Below, piece by piece: positions 8,610 through 18,201 of a stretch of DNA of 32,000 bases (position 1 is the stretch's first letter; each line of letters opens with the position of its first letter). The notes beneath the pieces are model-generated. The model did not search any database. It saw only the letters and a program-made list of their open reading frames with translations, and was not told where the DNA came from. The DNA lies in contig CP006913.1 in the NCBI GenBank assembly GCA_000503875.1, positions 210,001-242,000 of the forward strand. Reading direction: 5' to 3'. The stretch is from Candidatus Saccharimonadota bacterium (GTDB lineage Bacteria > Patescibacteriota > Gracilibacteria > Absconditabacterales > Absconditicoccaceae). A program made the position numbers and the translations under genes.

Positions 8610-11573
8610 TTATTTCTGACTCCAAACAACTTTTTTGTCTCCATTGATTTCTTTGAATTCAGATGCTTTTACTCTAATCTTATCTCAGATATTATAGTAT
8701 TTTTTCCAGTCAACTCCATCAGGAGCGACGATGAAATTCTTGTGAAGTAATCCTTCAACTCCTTTGACTGTGACAAACATTCCATAGTTATAACTTAGTT
8801 TTACATATCCATCATACGATTCACCTAGTTTGATATGAGAAATATCAAAGGCTCATTCACCGGCTTGTGGGGCAGGGGAGCTGATTACTGAAGTTGGTTT
8901 CGCTACTATATTGTTTTCTGGGGCTTTTGGTTCTTGTTGAGCAAGGAAGGCTTCCAATTTAGTTGTATTTGGACAAAATTTAAGCGAAGCTTTAAATTTC
9001 TCGACATTTCCAGCAAGTCCAAGCATAGTATCAAATTGTTGCAAGACATGTTCTTTACTTCCAATCCAGATAGCCAGAGGAATAGTATTTTCTATCGTCA
9101 TTGTTTGATGTTGATACATATCCACGGAGATATCAAGTTTTTTTCCTCCATCCAATGGTACATGAGTTCCTGCCTTGTATTTGAGATTTGCTTGATCATC
9201 CAATCATTTTGGTTTAGTCCACCAAATAGTTTTGTGGCTATTACTATCGGTATCAAACAAGATAGCATCTGGCTCTACGCCGTCGATAGCATACTCCGTG
9301 AACATATGAAGATGTTGTTGAACAAACATATCCTGAAGATTTTCAGCCTCTTCTGATGAAATTCCAAGTGATTCTAATTTTGCTTTTTCTGCTACTTTTT
9401 CTTGAACAGAGAAAGTCTTGTTACTCCATGCTTGCATAAGTTTTTCTAGTTGTCCTCTGGACATAGCGTATCTTTGTCTTGATTGTTTTCTTACTTTGTC
9501 GATAGTTTCTAGTGATCCTTCTGCTTTGATTGGCGGTAATGTCTTCATACTAAACGGATCAGAAGAAATTCCATCAATCATAAGTCTCGTATAGGCGGTA
9601 TATTTCGGCAAAGAAATCAAATCATTGACCTCAGCCATATTTTTAAATTGACTCGTCATTTGCGATGCATCATCGGATCAAATTGTCATACATACGGTTG
9701 TTCCTACGTTACCAAAGATAGCATCTTTGATTTCAGGCATCAACTGAGAAATATATTGGTTAGCAACGATCAACGCAAGTTTATATTTTCTGGCTTCCGA
9801 AAGGATAGTAGTAAATGATTCTGATGCGAAATTTTGAAACTCATCAATATAGAGATAAAATTCTCTTCTCAAATGAGCAGGAATATCGGCTCTTGACATG
9901 GCATCAATTTGAAATTTTGTCACCAAAAGCGAACCAATCATATTTGCATTATCTTCTCCGATTCTCCCTTTAGACAAATTTACCAAGATAATTTTTCCTT
10001 CATCCATTGCCTTTCTCAAGTTCAATTTGGTTCTTGGTTGTCCAAAGATATTTCTCACGAGTTTTGAAGACAAAAATTGTCCAACTTTATTGGTAATAGG
10101 ACCTGCTGCTTCTTCTCTTTGCTTATCATTTCGTTTATTAAATTCATTATTCCAGAACTTCAATACCACGCTATCTTTTACACAAGAAACGACTTCTTCA
10201 CGGAAATTTTTGTCGGTTAGCATTCTCAAAATATGCATCAAGGTAGCATTTGGATAATCAACAAGTGACAATACGATATTTCTCAAAATATATTCAAGTC
10301 TTGGTCATCGGCTATTTCCAAACAATTTTTTAAACGTTGAAACAACTCCAGATGCCACGAGATTTCTCTCTTCTTCGGTATCAGCTTGCAACAAGTTGAA
10401 TCCAATAGGAAAATCCGAATCCGCTACATCAAACAAAATCACGTCATTGATTCTATGGCTAGGAATATATTCAAGCACGGTATCAACCAATTCTCCATGC
10501 GGATCGAGCAAACAAAGCCCATTTCCCGCTTGCATATCACTGGCAATCAAGTTGGAAATCAAGGTAGATTTTCCGGTACCTGTCTTTCCCATAATATACA
10601 TATGTCTAAATTTGTCTTCTTTTCTAATTCCAAAGGTGATATTATCTCCTCTATAATCAGTTGTTCCTAGAATAGTAAGATCTTTGTCCGCATTTGGTGT
10701 ATTGTAGCTTGTAGGGAGATTGGTTGGGTAAGGAAGCTTTCTATACAAGGTATATTCCAATCCTTTCGTGAAATTTGCTACGGTAGGAAGATGAAAGAAA
10801 TTTACGGATTGATCGTAGGTCATAGCAATTTTTTTTGCTTTTTTTATAACTTTGATTTTTCCTCATTCGAAAAAGGTCGCAAAAGCAGATTTAATGTTGG
10901 CTTTGGTTGTTTCCAAAAGATATTTATCTTTGCTTTTTATGTGATATCACATAGTCATAAACAAGTCTGGCTTTTTTTCTTTTTTCTCGTCTTTCCCATC
11001 TTCGCCTTCCTTAGATTTCGGTGTTCGGAATCGTTTAATCACGTCATTAATAACTGCCAAGAAATTCTTTTTTACTTTAAATGTATAAGTAAATACGATA
11101 TCTAAACTAGAATCTGCATCTATAGTATTGTAAAGAGAAAGAATCGTAGTCATTGGATCCATGTAGGTCCCATCTCTTACGAAATCATCTTTGGAAAGTA
11201 CAGGAGCAGAATCTTTTCCTATAATATATTCTTGATGTGCATACAATTGAGGCGTTTCCACTTCCAAAAGATCAGAAGTAGGAAAACTTGCATAAAATGC
11301 ACTTTGAAAAAATTGCTTGAAATCTTTTGGAAGTCAAACAAAAAATTTAATAGAGCGACTGTTCCCTCTAATTAAGAAAGTAAGCTGTTTTTTTTTGAGA
11401 CTAATAAGATTCTTACTTACAGTTTCCCAGTGGTTTATTCCACGATCGTTATCTTTGAATGGTTTTATCTGAAAAAAGACAGTGTTCCCCAAAGTTGGAG
11501 ATTTTGGCGTGGAGGAGATTCAACCACTTACCCCAGCAAGCAAATTGCCGAGTTTTTGAGCAGATTCTAGCAT
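8610..11573 (-). CDS. VirD4/TraD-like (type IV coupling protein / HerA-FtsK superfamily) P-loop ATPase with C-terminal S1 RNA-binding-type domain, 987 aa (TGA=Gly)
   Basis: Five track ORFs (10947-11267, 10305-10823, 9678-10286, 9204-9659, 8853-9203) plus both unlisted ends share one frame. I verified the junctions codon by codon and found 9 TGA and no TAA/TAG. Walker A is MGKTGTGKSTL, followed by LLDPHGEL. Walker B-like motif is FYLYIDEFQNF, followed by LALIVANQYISQL. The C-terminal 80 aa (8613-8852), LGESYDGYVKLSYNYGMFVTVKGVEGLLHKN..IGDKIRVKASEF, fit the S1/OB consensus. Confidence 0.85.
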
Positions 11574-11746
11574 ATATTATTTTTTTGTTTGTAAAAGTAT
11601 TGAGAGAAATACTCCAATACTGATAGTGATTATATATAATTTACAAAAAAATGCAAGTAAATTAACTCGTTTTAAATCTTGTAATTTGATATACAAAGGT
11701 TATCACAAACGTAGTAGTTTTTTTTAACTTTCTATTTTTTTTGATA

Positions 11747-12001
11747 ATGAACTTACCTTGTGGTAACGAGTATGATCCTAAAAAATCAGTTTGGTGCAAA
11801 AGATTAGCCGAAAAAAACTTTGATATGAATGAATTTCGTTGTGATGACTATACGAAATGTATGGGGATGATTGAGGATGCAATTTGTAATTGTCTATCTC
11901 AAAAACCAATGCATATTGTGAAAACAAAGAAATCAATCCAAGAAGAATTAGTAAAAGAATTCGAGTTGCAGCCACAGAAAGAATTTTCCGAGGCAGTATA
12001 A
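11747..12001 (+). CDS. Hypothetical small Cys-rich protein (84 aa from ATG 11747)
   Basis: Intact ORF containing 6 Cys (CGNEY..WCKRL..RCDDYTKC..AICNC). No family recognised and the start is uncertain (TTG 11741 or ATG 11747). Confidence 0.4.
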   Translation: MNLPCGNEYDPKKSVWCKRLAEKNFDMNEFRCDDYTKCMGMIEDAICNCLSQKPMHIVKTKKSIQEELVKEFELQPQKEFSEAV

Positions 12002-12068
12002 ATATAAAAACACAGAATTTCATATACATTAAAATTATCGTCTTTTTTTTGCATAATAATAAAATCTG

Positions 12069-12099
12069 GATATACTTGTAAAAAGTATATTTTTATTTT
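12069..12099 (+). terminator. Weak AT-rich hairpin plus T-run
   Basis: The stem is atatactt/aagtatat with a gtaaa loop, followed by ttttatttt. The stem is AT-only, so stability is low. Confidence 0.3.
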
Positions 12100-12114
12100 A
12101 AAAACAAAAACACA

Positions 12115-13626
12115 ATGTCAGAAACAAACATCTTCCATGCCAAAACAAAATTAATCGACATCCAGGATGGAGAAGAACTTATCGTTCTTATCAATGAGCA
12201 AAATGCTTGGGAACACGGTATTAGTCCTTTGGATAAGGTAGTACTCAGATACAAAGATCAAGAACTTGTACTCAATGCAAATCTTACCAATAAACTCGTA
12301 AAACCAAATGAAATAGGTCTCTACAAAGACGTATCTCAAAAATATAAAATACCAGGTGATGCAACCGTAAGTGTGCATTTTACCCAAACCAATGGGAAAG
12401 CTATTGAGGCACTCAAAAAAGCAATCAATGGAAAAAAATTAAACTACAAAGAAACCTATTCGATTATGAAAGATATCGCAGATAATCGTTTTACCGATAC
12501 CCTGATTACCTATTATTCAGCAGTAGGATTTTTCAAAAAAGCAAGTGACCATGAACTCTATGAAATGGCAAAAGCTATGGCAGAGACAGGTGAAATGTTG
12601 CATTTTGATGGAGTAGTTGCTGATAAGCATTGTATGGGAGGAGTTCCAGGAAATGAGACAACGATGATTATGATTCCATTGCTTGCATCTCTTGGTATCA
12701 AAATGCCAAAAACTTTTTCCAAAGCCATCACTTCGCCAGCAGCGACAGGGGAATGTGTAAATGTCCTTATGGATATCTCTTTCTCCAAAAAAGAAATCGA
12801 AAATTTAGTGAAGACTCAAAATTCATGTTTGGTACGAGGTGGAGGGCTTAGTCTTGCGCCAGCAGACGAAAAACTCATCAAAGTTGCATATCCACTTTCT
12901 ATGCAATCATACTCAAGAACAGTTGTTTCTATTATGGCCAAGAAATATGCAATGGGAATTAACCATTCATTGATTGATATTCCTATGGGACCAACAGCCA
13001 AAGTACCTGATATGAAAACAGCAAAACGACTCAAGAAAAAATATGAATATGTAGGTAAAAAACTTGGTATGAAAGTTCATGTAGAAATCACAGATGCTAT
13101 GCAACCAATTGGTGCTGGTATCGGAGCTACGCTTCAAGTAAGAGAAGTGCTTAGAGTCTTACAACAACACGAACTTAGACCTATGGATCTCCAAAACAAA
13201 GCAGTTTTTCTTGCTTCCAAAATTATCGAACTCGTAGGGATGGCCAAAGGTAAAAAAGCGTATGAAATGGCATATCAACAACTTAAATCAGGTAAAGCAT
13301 GGAAAAAAATGCAAGAAATTATCAAAGCACAAAGAGGAAAAAACCCAAATATCAAATCAGAAGATCTCAAACTCGCAAAATTCAAGAAGGAAGTGAAAGC
13401 CGAAAAAGCAGGAACGGTAAAAGTTATTGATATGAAACTTATCAATCTGACAACAAGAGCATTAGGAGCCCCTATTGACGATCAAGGAGGTCTCTATCTT
13501 TGCAAGAAGCTTGGAGACAAAGTCAAGAAAAACGACATCATCTATGTTATGTACGCCAATCAAGAAAGCAAAATCGACATGGCACTAGAAAACCTAAAAG
13601 GGAAAAAAATGTATGAAATAAAGTAA
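12115..13626 (+). CDS. AMP phosphorylase (archaeal-type thymidine-phosphorylase family with N-terminal extension), 503 aa
   Basis: Intact ORF. It has an N-terminal extension of about 85 aa ahead of the glycosyltransferase core. DKHCMGGVPGN (the GGVPGN variant, not the GGVGDK I recall from thymidine phosphorylase) and SKAITSPAATGE are present. The ~500-aa length matches AMP phosphorylases rather than ~435-aa thymidine phosphorylases. Confidence 0.8.
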   Translation: MSETNIFHAKTKLIDIQDGEELIVLINEQNAWEHGISPLDKVVLRYKDQELVLNANLTNKLVKPNEIGLYKDVSQKYKIPGDATVSVHFTQTNGKAIEALKKAINGKKLNYKETYSIMKDIADNRFTDTLITYYSAVGFFKKASDHELYEMAKAMAETGEMLHFDGVVADKHCMGGVPGNETTMIMIPLLASLGIKMPKTFSKAITSPAATGECVNVLMDISFSKKEIENLVKTQNSCLVRGGGLSLAPADEKLIKVAYPLSMQSYSRTVVSIMAKKYAMGINHSLIDIPMGPTAKVPDMKTAKRLKKKYEYVGKKLGMKVHVEITDAMQPIGAGIGATLQVREVLRVLQQHELRPMDLQNKAVFLASKIIELVGMAKGKKAYEMAYQQLKSGKAWKKMQEIIKAQRGKNPNIKSEDLKLAKFKKEVKAEKAGTVKVIDMKLINLTTRALGAPIDDQGGLYLCKKLGDKVKKNDIIYVMYANQESKIDMALENLKGKKMYEIK

Positions 13627-13647
13627 ATCTTTACCCAATATATATCC

Positions 13648-14640
13648 ATGCCTCAAATTATCACCACCTTATGACCAGCAATTACTTCACCAGAAATCTT
13701 AAAGGACCTCTATACCCAATGAGTCCGTATCTTAAGAGCCAATTTTACGCATGAAACAAGCGAATCCATAGTAGTTAAACTAGCGATCATTCATGAGGTA
13801 GAACAAGAAATTGGTGGTAAATTTTCTTTGATGATGGATATCGAAGGACCAAGTATCAGAACAGGAAAACTTGATCGACCAACACCCTATAAAAAAGGAG
13901 AAAAATTTAAATTAATGGTCGTGGAAAAAATATTGGAAAACAATGATTTGTTTTGTGATTTTCCAGGTATTATCGATAATGTGAAAGTAGGGGATATCGT
14001 AAGAATTGAATCAGGATTGTTTGATACCATCGTTCGTGAAATAGGATCGGAATATATATTATTGGAAGCCCTCAATGATTTTACCATGACATCCAAAAGA
14101 CATATTAATCTCCCAGGTCTTCATATTGATATGCCAACTATTACGGACAAAGACAAACAAGATATTGCATATGCTCTAGAAGCGAAATTTGATTATATAG
14201 CTATTAGCTTTTGTAGAAGCGCTGCGGATATCCAAGAAGTCAGAAATTTAACAAACAATCAGATCAAACTTATCGCTAAGATAGAAAACCAAGAAGGACT
14301 CGACCATCTCGATGAAATTATCGATGCAAGTGATATGGTGATGGTAGCAAGGGGAGATTTATGAACAGAATTACCTCTAGAAAAGCTTCCAGAAGTCCAG
14401 ATGGATATCGTAAAAAAATGTAAATTCAAACATACGCCCGTCATTATAGCCACCCAGATGCTCAGCTCCATGGTGACCAGTCCTGCGCCTACTAGAGCAG
14501 AAGTATCCGACATATTCCTCGCAACCCTCGAAGGCGCAGACTATTTGATGCTTTCTGAAGAAACCACGATTGGACTTCATCCTGTGGAAGCCGTAAAGAT
14601 GATGAACAAAGTAATCGCCGAAGTCCAAAATGGCCGATAA
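13648..14640 (+). CDS. pyk: Pyruvate kinase, short form (330 aa, A and B domains only; TGA=Gly)
   Basis: ATG 13648; track ORFs 13828-14364 and 14401-14640 are in the same frame. The TGA codons complete TL-G-PA, TQ-G-VRILRANF and MVARGDL-G-TELP. The protein ends shortly after LSEETTIGLHPVEAVKMM, where canonical enzymes continue into a ~120-aa C domain. Confidence 0.9.
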
Positions 14641-14706
14641 AAATTTGACAGAAAGGGTATTTTAGAATATACTTATATAACGTAATTTATTTTTTTACTA
14701 TCACCA

Positions 14707-14913
14707 ATGAAACAACTTATCAAAAAAGTAATGTCAAAGACAAAATCATTTAGCCTTGTAGACTACAGTGTCCTCAAAGCATGTGTTTTCTTTTTTGGAC
14801 TTTGGATTGCAACAGTTATTCCTGTTATGACAGAAGTAAATCCATGGATTTATGGTACAGTTTGGGCTGTTTTATATATTTATTTAATCTGGAAAATTAT
14901 TAAAAAAGATTAA
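14707..14913 (+). CDS. Small membrane protein, 68 aa
   Basis: Intact ORF with two hydrophobic helices (ACVFFFGLWIATVIPVM, IYGTVWAVLYIYLIW), followed by a strong terminator. Confidence 0.5.
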   Translation: MKQLIKKVMSKTKSFSLVDYSVLKACVFFFGLWIATVIPVMTEVNPWIYGTVWAVLYIYLIWKIIKKD

Positions 14914-14930
14914 GAAAATATATTTTCAAT

Positions 14931-14958
14931 AAAAAAAAGCCGCAATTGCGGCTTTTTC
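14931..14958. terminator. Bidirectional rho-independent terminator
   Basis: The GC-rich palindrome gccgcaattgcggc is flanked by an A-run (5') and a T-run (3'). It lies between convergent genes ending at 14913 (+) and 14974 (-). Confidence 0.75.
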
Positions 14959-14973
14959 TTATATATATTTTTT

Positions 14974-15249
14974 TTAGTGATGATGATGACCACCGCAGCA
15001 TGCTCCATCTTTTTTGTTCTCACAGTCATCGTCTCCACCGCAACATCCCTCTTCTTTATGGGCGTGATGATGTCCATGTTGTGCTTCAGTTTGTTTTTGC
15101 ATATAAGCTAATGAATCAAAAAACCCACCAACCATTGCTTCCATGATTTGATCGTTAGAAAGTTTTTGGGTTGGGTAAATAATGTGTAATTCTGCTAATA
15201 ATCTATTAAATTCAGCAAGTGTTTTGTCTGATACTTCAATATGCGCCAT
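14974..15249 (-). CDS. Small protein with His/Cys-rich metal-binding-type tail, 91 aa
   Basis: Intact ORF starting 17 nt downstream of the pheS stop on the same strand. The C-terminal 35 aa are HGHHHAHKEEGCCGGDDDCENKKDGACCGGHHHH. The N-terminal ~55 aa show a strand-helix-helix pattern (AHIEVS / DKTLAEFNRLLAEL / SNDQIMEAMVGGF). Confidence 0.65.
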   Translation of the reverse strand: MAHIEVSDKTLAEFNRLLAELHIIYPTQKLSNDQIMEAMVGGFFDSLAYMQKQTEAQHGHHHAHKEEGCCGGDDDCENKKDGACCGGHHHH

Positions 15250-15266
15250 TTTTTTTATATTATAAA

Positions 15267-16286
15267 TTAAAATGATTTTGCAAATCTCAAATCTCCATTG
15301 GTAAAATATCTAATATCTTTGATTCCATATCTTACCGCTGCCAATCTACTCAATCACATACCAAAAGCGAAACCTGAATATTCTTTTGGATCAACTCCTG
15401 CTGTTTCCAAAACCTTAGGGTGAATCATACCAGCTCACAAGACTTCCATCCATTTTGACATAGTCTTTTCTCCCGTTTTTGGATCAGTAATTTCATATCT
15501 TGCGTCAATTTCGAAACCTGGTTCTACAAACGGAAAATATGCTGGTCTCATTCTTGTTTCTACGTCCTTTTTCAAAATAGCAGAAAGCAATTTTTCTATC
15601 ATATGCTTGGCATGAGCGATAGTTATCCCTTTATCAACAACAATTCCTTCAAGCTGGTAAAACATCGTATCGTGCGTTGCATCCATATTTTCATACCTAT
15701 ATACTTTGCCTGGAACAACTGCTTTCAAAGGAACTCCATATTTTTTGATCATAAAATTTTGCATTGCAGAGGTTTGTGTCCTCAAGATAAGTGGTTCTCC
15801 GCGAGGATCAGTTTCTTTGAGGTAAATAGTATCTTGCATTTCTGTTGCGGGATGAGTGAGAGGTATATTTACGGATTCAAAATTTTCAAATTTAGTAACA
15901 GCGTCAGTTCCATATTCAATGATAAATCCCATTGATTTACATACGTCTTCAGCTTCTCTTCTTACTTCTGCCAATAGTGAGCGATGACCTATAGTATAAG
16001 AAGACTTTTCCAAAGAAGAATCTACCAAATCTTTCTGAAGCGCTTCATTTATTTGTCCTATACTCAATTCTTGCACCTTAATATCATAGCTTTCCGTAAG
16101 AATAGCTTTTGCCTCAGACAATACTTTTCCTGCTTCTTTCTTTTCTTCAGGACTCAATGCTGCCATTTCCTTGAAAGCCAAGGTAAGTGTTCCTTGTTTT
16201 CCCAAATATTTTTGGAAAAAATCTTCAAGTTGTTCCAATGTTTTTATGATTTCAATTTCTTTCAAAGGCTGCTTATAATCGAACAT
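15267..16286 (-). CDS. pheS: Phenylalanine--tRNA ligase alpha subunit, 339 aa (TGA=Gly)
   Basis: Track ORF 15435-16286 continues in frame through TGA to TAA at 15267-15269. Class II motifs are present: LRTQTSAMQ, PGKVYRYE, FYQLEGIVVD, EVL-G-AGMIHPKVL, GFAFGM-G-LSRLAAVRYGIKDIR. No pheT is adjacent. Confidence 0.93.
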
Positions 16287-16355
16287 TTTGTATGATAATA
16301 ATGTAAAGTTTATAATTTTAACGTAATGAACTGAGTAATAAAAAAGATAAAATAA

Positions 16356-16545
16356 GACGCCAAAACTTCCCTAGAAGTTTAACGTCGATTTATATGCAGA
16401 TTAGAATTTCTAATCTGTCAAACAAAAGAAGGAAATCATCACCAAATCAACATAATCCGTAGCCAAAGCAGTAATTTGATTTTACTTGGATACTAAACTT
16501 AGCAAAGATATTGCCTTGATGATTGATGATTTTGTTTGCTTTTTA
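16356..16545. ncRNA. Candidate structured RNA in the 550-nt gene-free region (strand and class unknown)
   Basis: Hairpin A spans 16356-16386 (gacg..aaacttc/gaagttt..cgtc). Hairpin B spans 16397-16417 (cagattag/ctaatctg). A long imperfect hairpin pairs 16433-16450 with 16516-16532 and is followed by gctttttatt. No convincing ORF exists in either code. No Rfam-type motif was recognised by eye. Confidence 0.25.
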
Positions 16546-16836
16546 TTACGAAAGAATTCAATAACTTTCGACTTTGTTGCTTTAAATATGCTAAACAATT
16601 TATAGATTCTGATTTCTCTTTCAATGGAAAATTATAAAACATAAAAAGATGGGTTATTAAAATAAGAATATTACGTGGTAAACAAGAAAAAAATAAAAAG
16701 GCATCTATTTTTGAGATATTTTTGCATTCTTGTCAACCTTTAAAATCTATATTTTACACTATTTTTTTGCAGAATTCTCTTTTAGGGGTAAACTTAAGTA
16801 ATAACAAAAACATATTTTAAACTATAAAACAAAAGA

Positions 16837-17502
16837 ATGCATATCGACAATCTCATTGAAATGAGAAATCTTACCTGGGGATATCCAGAAAGTGCAATAT
16901 TATTATTTAATCACTATAATTTTTCTCTCAAAAAGGGGGAGTTTTGTGTGATTATGGGAAAATCAGGAACAGGGAAATCCACCTTGGCAAGAATTCTTAC
17001 GGGAGAAAAATCAGTAGGAGAAAAGATGGTGTACCATAAACATGAAGATATATCCAAATATTCAGATGAAGAAATGCAAACATATAGAAGAAAAATGGGA
17101 ATTATATTTCAGGATTATAAATTGATTGAATATATGACTGTTAAAGAGAATATTATCTATCCATTAGTGTTATACGGAGTAGGTGAGTCTATTATAGATG
17201 CTAAATACCAGAAACTCCAACAGAAATACAATATTAGTCATTTAGAAGATTTGCCGGTAAAATTCTTGAGTGCTTGAGAAAAACAAAAAGTAGCGCTTGC
17301 GAGAGCATTGATCCACGATCCAGAATTTATTATTGCAGATGAACCAACAGGAAATCTTGATTGGGAACATACCCAAACTATATGAGATCTTTTGATCCAA
17401 TCAAATCAAAATGGAAACACCATCTTATTGATTACCCATGATATCCATTTAGTAAATTATCTCAAAGAAAAACATCCAATCAGATTGGAAATGCTTGGTT
17501 AG
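16837..17502 (+). CDS. ftsE: FtsE-like ABC transporter ATP-binding protein, 221 aa (TGA=Gly)
   Basis: Walker A is GKSGTGKST. The Q-loop region is [19 protein letters not shown]. The signature LSA-[TGA][11 protein letters not shown] is followed by Walker [12 protein letters not shown] and the H-loop LLITHD. Stop is TAG at 17500-17502. The next gene is not an FtsX-like permease. Confidence 0.8.
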
Positions 17503-17546
17503 ATTGCGTGTAATGTTCTTTTATACTTTTTCGTTGTTTACTACTC

Positions 17547-18005
17547 ATGACAAAGAAATATACTATGTTAGATACGATAATTGAAGAGCTTAGTGTTTTG
17601 GATATTGCATGATATCTCAAAGAGGAGATTGAATCTTTGTTTAAAAACCTTCATTATTATAAATTACAAAATATTCATCAAAATATTGATGCACTCAAGG
17701 AGTACTTACATTTTCTTGATCATCATAGCACACAACAAATTCATGCTTTGGAATATATAGAAAATGCTGAAATACCTGAAGGGGATCATGATATCTTGTA
17801 TTATGTTTCACAGAAAGGATTGGAACTAGTGGGATCACAAAAAATTCGTCAAAAGATTTGGGAAGATCATTATAGTCTTTCTTATATTATGCAAGCAGTG
17901 AAATGATTTCTTTTGTTGACAGCCGATGAGTTTTGTAATGCCTCTCCTACAAGGATGTCTATCAATAGAATGTTACGAAAAAAACAATTAGTTACTACAA
18001 AATAA
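17547..18005 (+). CDS. Hypothetical protein, 152 aa (TGA=Gly)
   Basis: ATG 17547; track ORF 17637-17906 is in the same frame. It has 2 in-frame TGA and TAA at 18003-18005. It is helical and His-rich, with no TM segment and no recognised family. Confidence 0.45.
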
Positions 18006-18145
18006 ATATTGTCTTGTAATGATACTAGATTTCATTATATTCAACAATAGATAATGAGCTTCAGATCGTTTTTTCGGATTTACCTTTATTTAGGTTTGAG
18101 GTTACATACGTTTACAAATAGTTAATTATTTTTCTTGCTCATTAT

Positions 18146-18176
18146 CCCCCTCGGCTTTTCCGAGGGGATTTTTTTT
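18146..18176 (+). terminator. Rho-independent terminator
   Basis: The GC stem is cccctcgg/ccgagggg with a 5-nt loop, followed by an 8-T run. It lies ~140 nt after the 17547-18005 CDS and before the rplJ promoter region. Confidence 0.8.
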
Positions 18177-18201
18177 AAAATGATTTTTCTCAAAAAAGGG
18201 C

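Noticed and set aside
13828-14640. Two separate small ORFs (178 aa and 79 aa) that could be read as a split or degraded pyruvate kinase
   Set aside because: They are in the same frame as ATG 13648, and the junction TGA restores the invariant ARGDLG motif. This is a single gene, although it truly lacks the C domain.
14974-14990. The terminal HHHH could be an engineered His-tag or cloning artefact
   Set aside because: The His and Cys residues extend over 35 residues in an irregular native-looking pattern. The flanks are a natural terminator and the pheS gene, with no vector-like sequence.
16287-16836. T-box riboswitch or leader-peptide attenuator upstream of pheS
   Set aside because: No T-box consensus (GGGTGGNACCGCG or its complement) and no Phe-rich mini-ORF was seen. 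The region is kept only as an unclassified structured-RNA candidate.
17547-18005. Expected ftsX permease downstream of the ftsE-like ATPase
   Set aside because: The downstream 152-aa protein has no transmembrane segments and no FtsX-like features, so it is called only as hypothetical.
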